Source: Antedon mediterranea (taxonomy: Eukaryota > Animalia > Echinodermata). From it: DNA of 64,000 nucleotides. Position numbers and translations under genes: made by a program. Shown in pieces: positions 62,437-64,000 of the stretch (the stretch's first letter is position 1; each line of letters opens with the position of its first letter). The stretch is taken from NCBI RefSeq assembly GCF_964355755.1, contig NC_092678.1, positions 24,383,365 to 24,447,364 of the forward strand, in the 5' to 3' direction. Under the pieces are notes generated by a model. That model had not been told where the DNA came from. It was given only the letters and a program-made list of their open reading frames with translations, and did no database searches.

Positions 62437-62634
62437 TTAAAAGGATAATTTTAATTTAGAAAAATAATGTTTCAACAATGTGTAAGTAGATGAAATTGAA
62501 TATTGTTTTATATCTGTGGTGCATAATATTGTGAACTTTAACCCCTGACATGTCATTTACTTTTGATGCTTCATAGTATTTAAGGTCATTTGTGAATGTA
62601 GACTCATTTTAATGTATTTTCTATATAATATGTG

Positions 62635-62640
62635 AATAAA
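62635..62640 (+). terminator. Candidate distal polyadenylation signal of the RPTP (3'UTR about 3.2 kb); proximal AATAAA at 59454
   Basis: AATAAA with upstream TGTA motifs and a downstream T-rich tract; several other AATAAA hexamers exist, so site choice is uncertain. Confidence 0.35.
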
Positions 62641-63719
62641 TATATAAAAAAATATATATTTTTGATCGAGTTTTTTTTTTCTCGAGCTATTTTCGGTATA
62701 AAAATCACTGTACTATAACTTTTTAAATGGGCAAATTTCACTATTTAATTTTTTTAAATTGTGTTTTTTGGCTAAAATAAAATCGCTTCACCCAGTGGAA
62801 ATTTCGTACCTACCTGGATAACCTTATACATGCCTTTTCCTTTCCGAGTGGAGAACTCCAAATGTAACCGCAACTTACGCACCCCTCCAGCATAGTGGTA
62901 TGGCCTGTTTTATACCCGAGTTTATTGCTTTATTTATTTAGTTACTGGCAAGTTGCTGGTGGAAGAAGTGTATAGTATTAGGTAAGTCATATATTCGGTT
63001 GTGTTTTAAATGTATTGTCGATTTTACTAACCGACATATTTAGAAGCTGTGACGTAATCATAGTCCTACGTGAGACAACCAATGGAATTTGATTAACAAT
63101 TGGACTAAAATGGATGAATGGGCACAAGTAAAACAGTTATAACAAATATTTTACGTCGTTCTTTTAAAGGACTATAGTAACTACGGTATGTCGAATTGGG
63201 TTCTCTGATATTATTTGTAATTGTTTGGCCGTATGAGTTTTGTATACTTATCGGGGACGTCCCCGGAAAACTGGGTAATATTACATTCTCCCTTTGGATT
63301 TGGTGGAGGCCGGATTTGACCCGACAAATTTTCGAGGTGGGCACTGGCCCTTAGGACTGTGTAATGAAAAAATCGTATCATTTTTAAGCACCTGGAAAAT
63401 GCTGCTGGCACCGGACAACCACCAAAATTGAATTTCCGTCAGCAGTCAGTCCAAATATGTAATTAGAATGTATAAAGGTCAAACACACTATTAGTATTAA
63501 TAGAACTGCAGATTGTAGACGATAGTATCATCAGCATCTGAATCTGGTTTGCAAATTAACCGATTTTGGCCCTTCAATATTAATGTGTTAATCATTAACT
63601 TTTAAACATTTCAATTGTCTTTTTGAACACTGTAGACGTTTGTAACTATGAATTGTGGTTCGTACGAGACAAAAACTGTTAATGATGGTAAGTAATCTTC
63701 CATCTCATTTTCATATCAG

Positions 63720-64000
63720 CTTCACATCCCCTACCACCACCTTCACATCCCCTACCCTCTCACCCCTACCACCACCATCACACCCCTACCACCACCCTCA
63801 CACCCAGACCACCATTTGCTATCCACACCTCTACCCTCTCACCCCTACCACCACCATCACACCCCTACCACCACCCTCACACCCAGACCACCATTTGCTA
63901 TCCACACCTCTACCCTCTCACCCCTACCACCACCATCACACCCTACCACCACCCTCACACCCAGACCACCATTTGCTATCCACACCTCTACCCTCTTACC
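63720..64000. repeat. C-rich minisatellite with an ~85-bp higher-order unit, runs off window end
   Basis: cacccctaccaccaccatcacacccctaccaccaccctcacacccagaccaccatttgctatcc repeated. Confidence 0.9.

Noticed and set aside
62900-63700. Promoter or first exon of a third gene (TGACGTAA, CCAAT, donors gtaagt at about 62982 and 63688)
   Set aside because: Suggestive CpG increase but no assignable coding exon in the window

Overview
AT-rich, intron-containing eukaryotic (invertebrate animal) DNA; the gene content and TAGGCCTA-rich promoter flanks suggest an echinoderm-like genome, which is inference only. Two genes lie head-to-head around a probable shared promoter at about 15.6-15.9 kb. (1) Minus strand: the 5' part of an ankyrin+LRR LRRK1-like gene, with 8 coding exons from ATG 7310 down to 24, continuing off the left edge. 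(2) Plus strand: a complete Ptp99A/PTPRG-type (R5) receptor tyrosine phosphatase, ATG 17365 to stop 59424, about 28 phase-consistent exons and about 1460 aa (signal peptide, Ig, 4 FN3, TM, active D1, Cys-to-Asp D2, long tail). The introns carry MITEs, tRNA-derived SINEs, piggyBac-like, P-like and Helentron-like elements and many minisatellites. Most notable: (a) a 33-bp in-frame VNTR giving six copies of the splice donor of the transmembrane exon, one of several tandem duplications seeded at exon junctions; (b) 26-32-bp hairpins with 7-bp direct repeats that resemble P-element excision footprints, next to an intact P-like MITE; (c) in-frame alternative donor, cassette and microexon candidates in the juxtamembrane region and D2. 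All exon calls were made by eye from splice signals, reading phase and recalled family motifs; no alignment or expression data were available.
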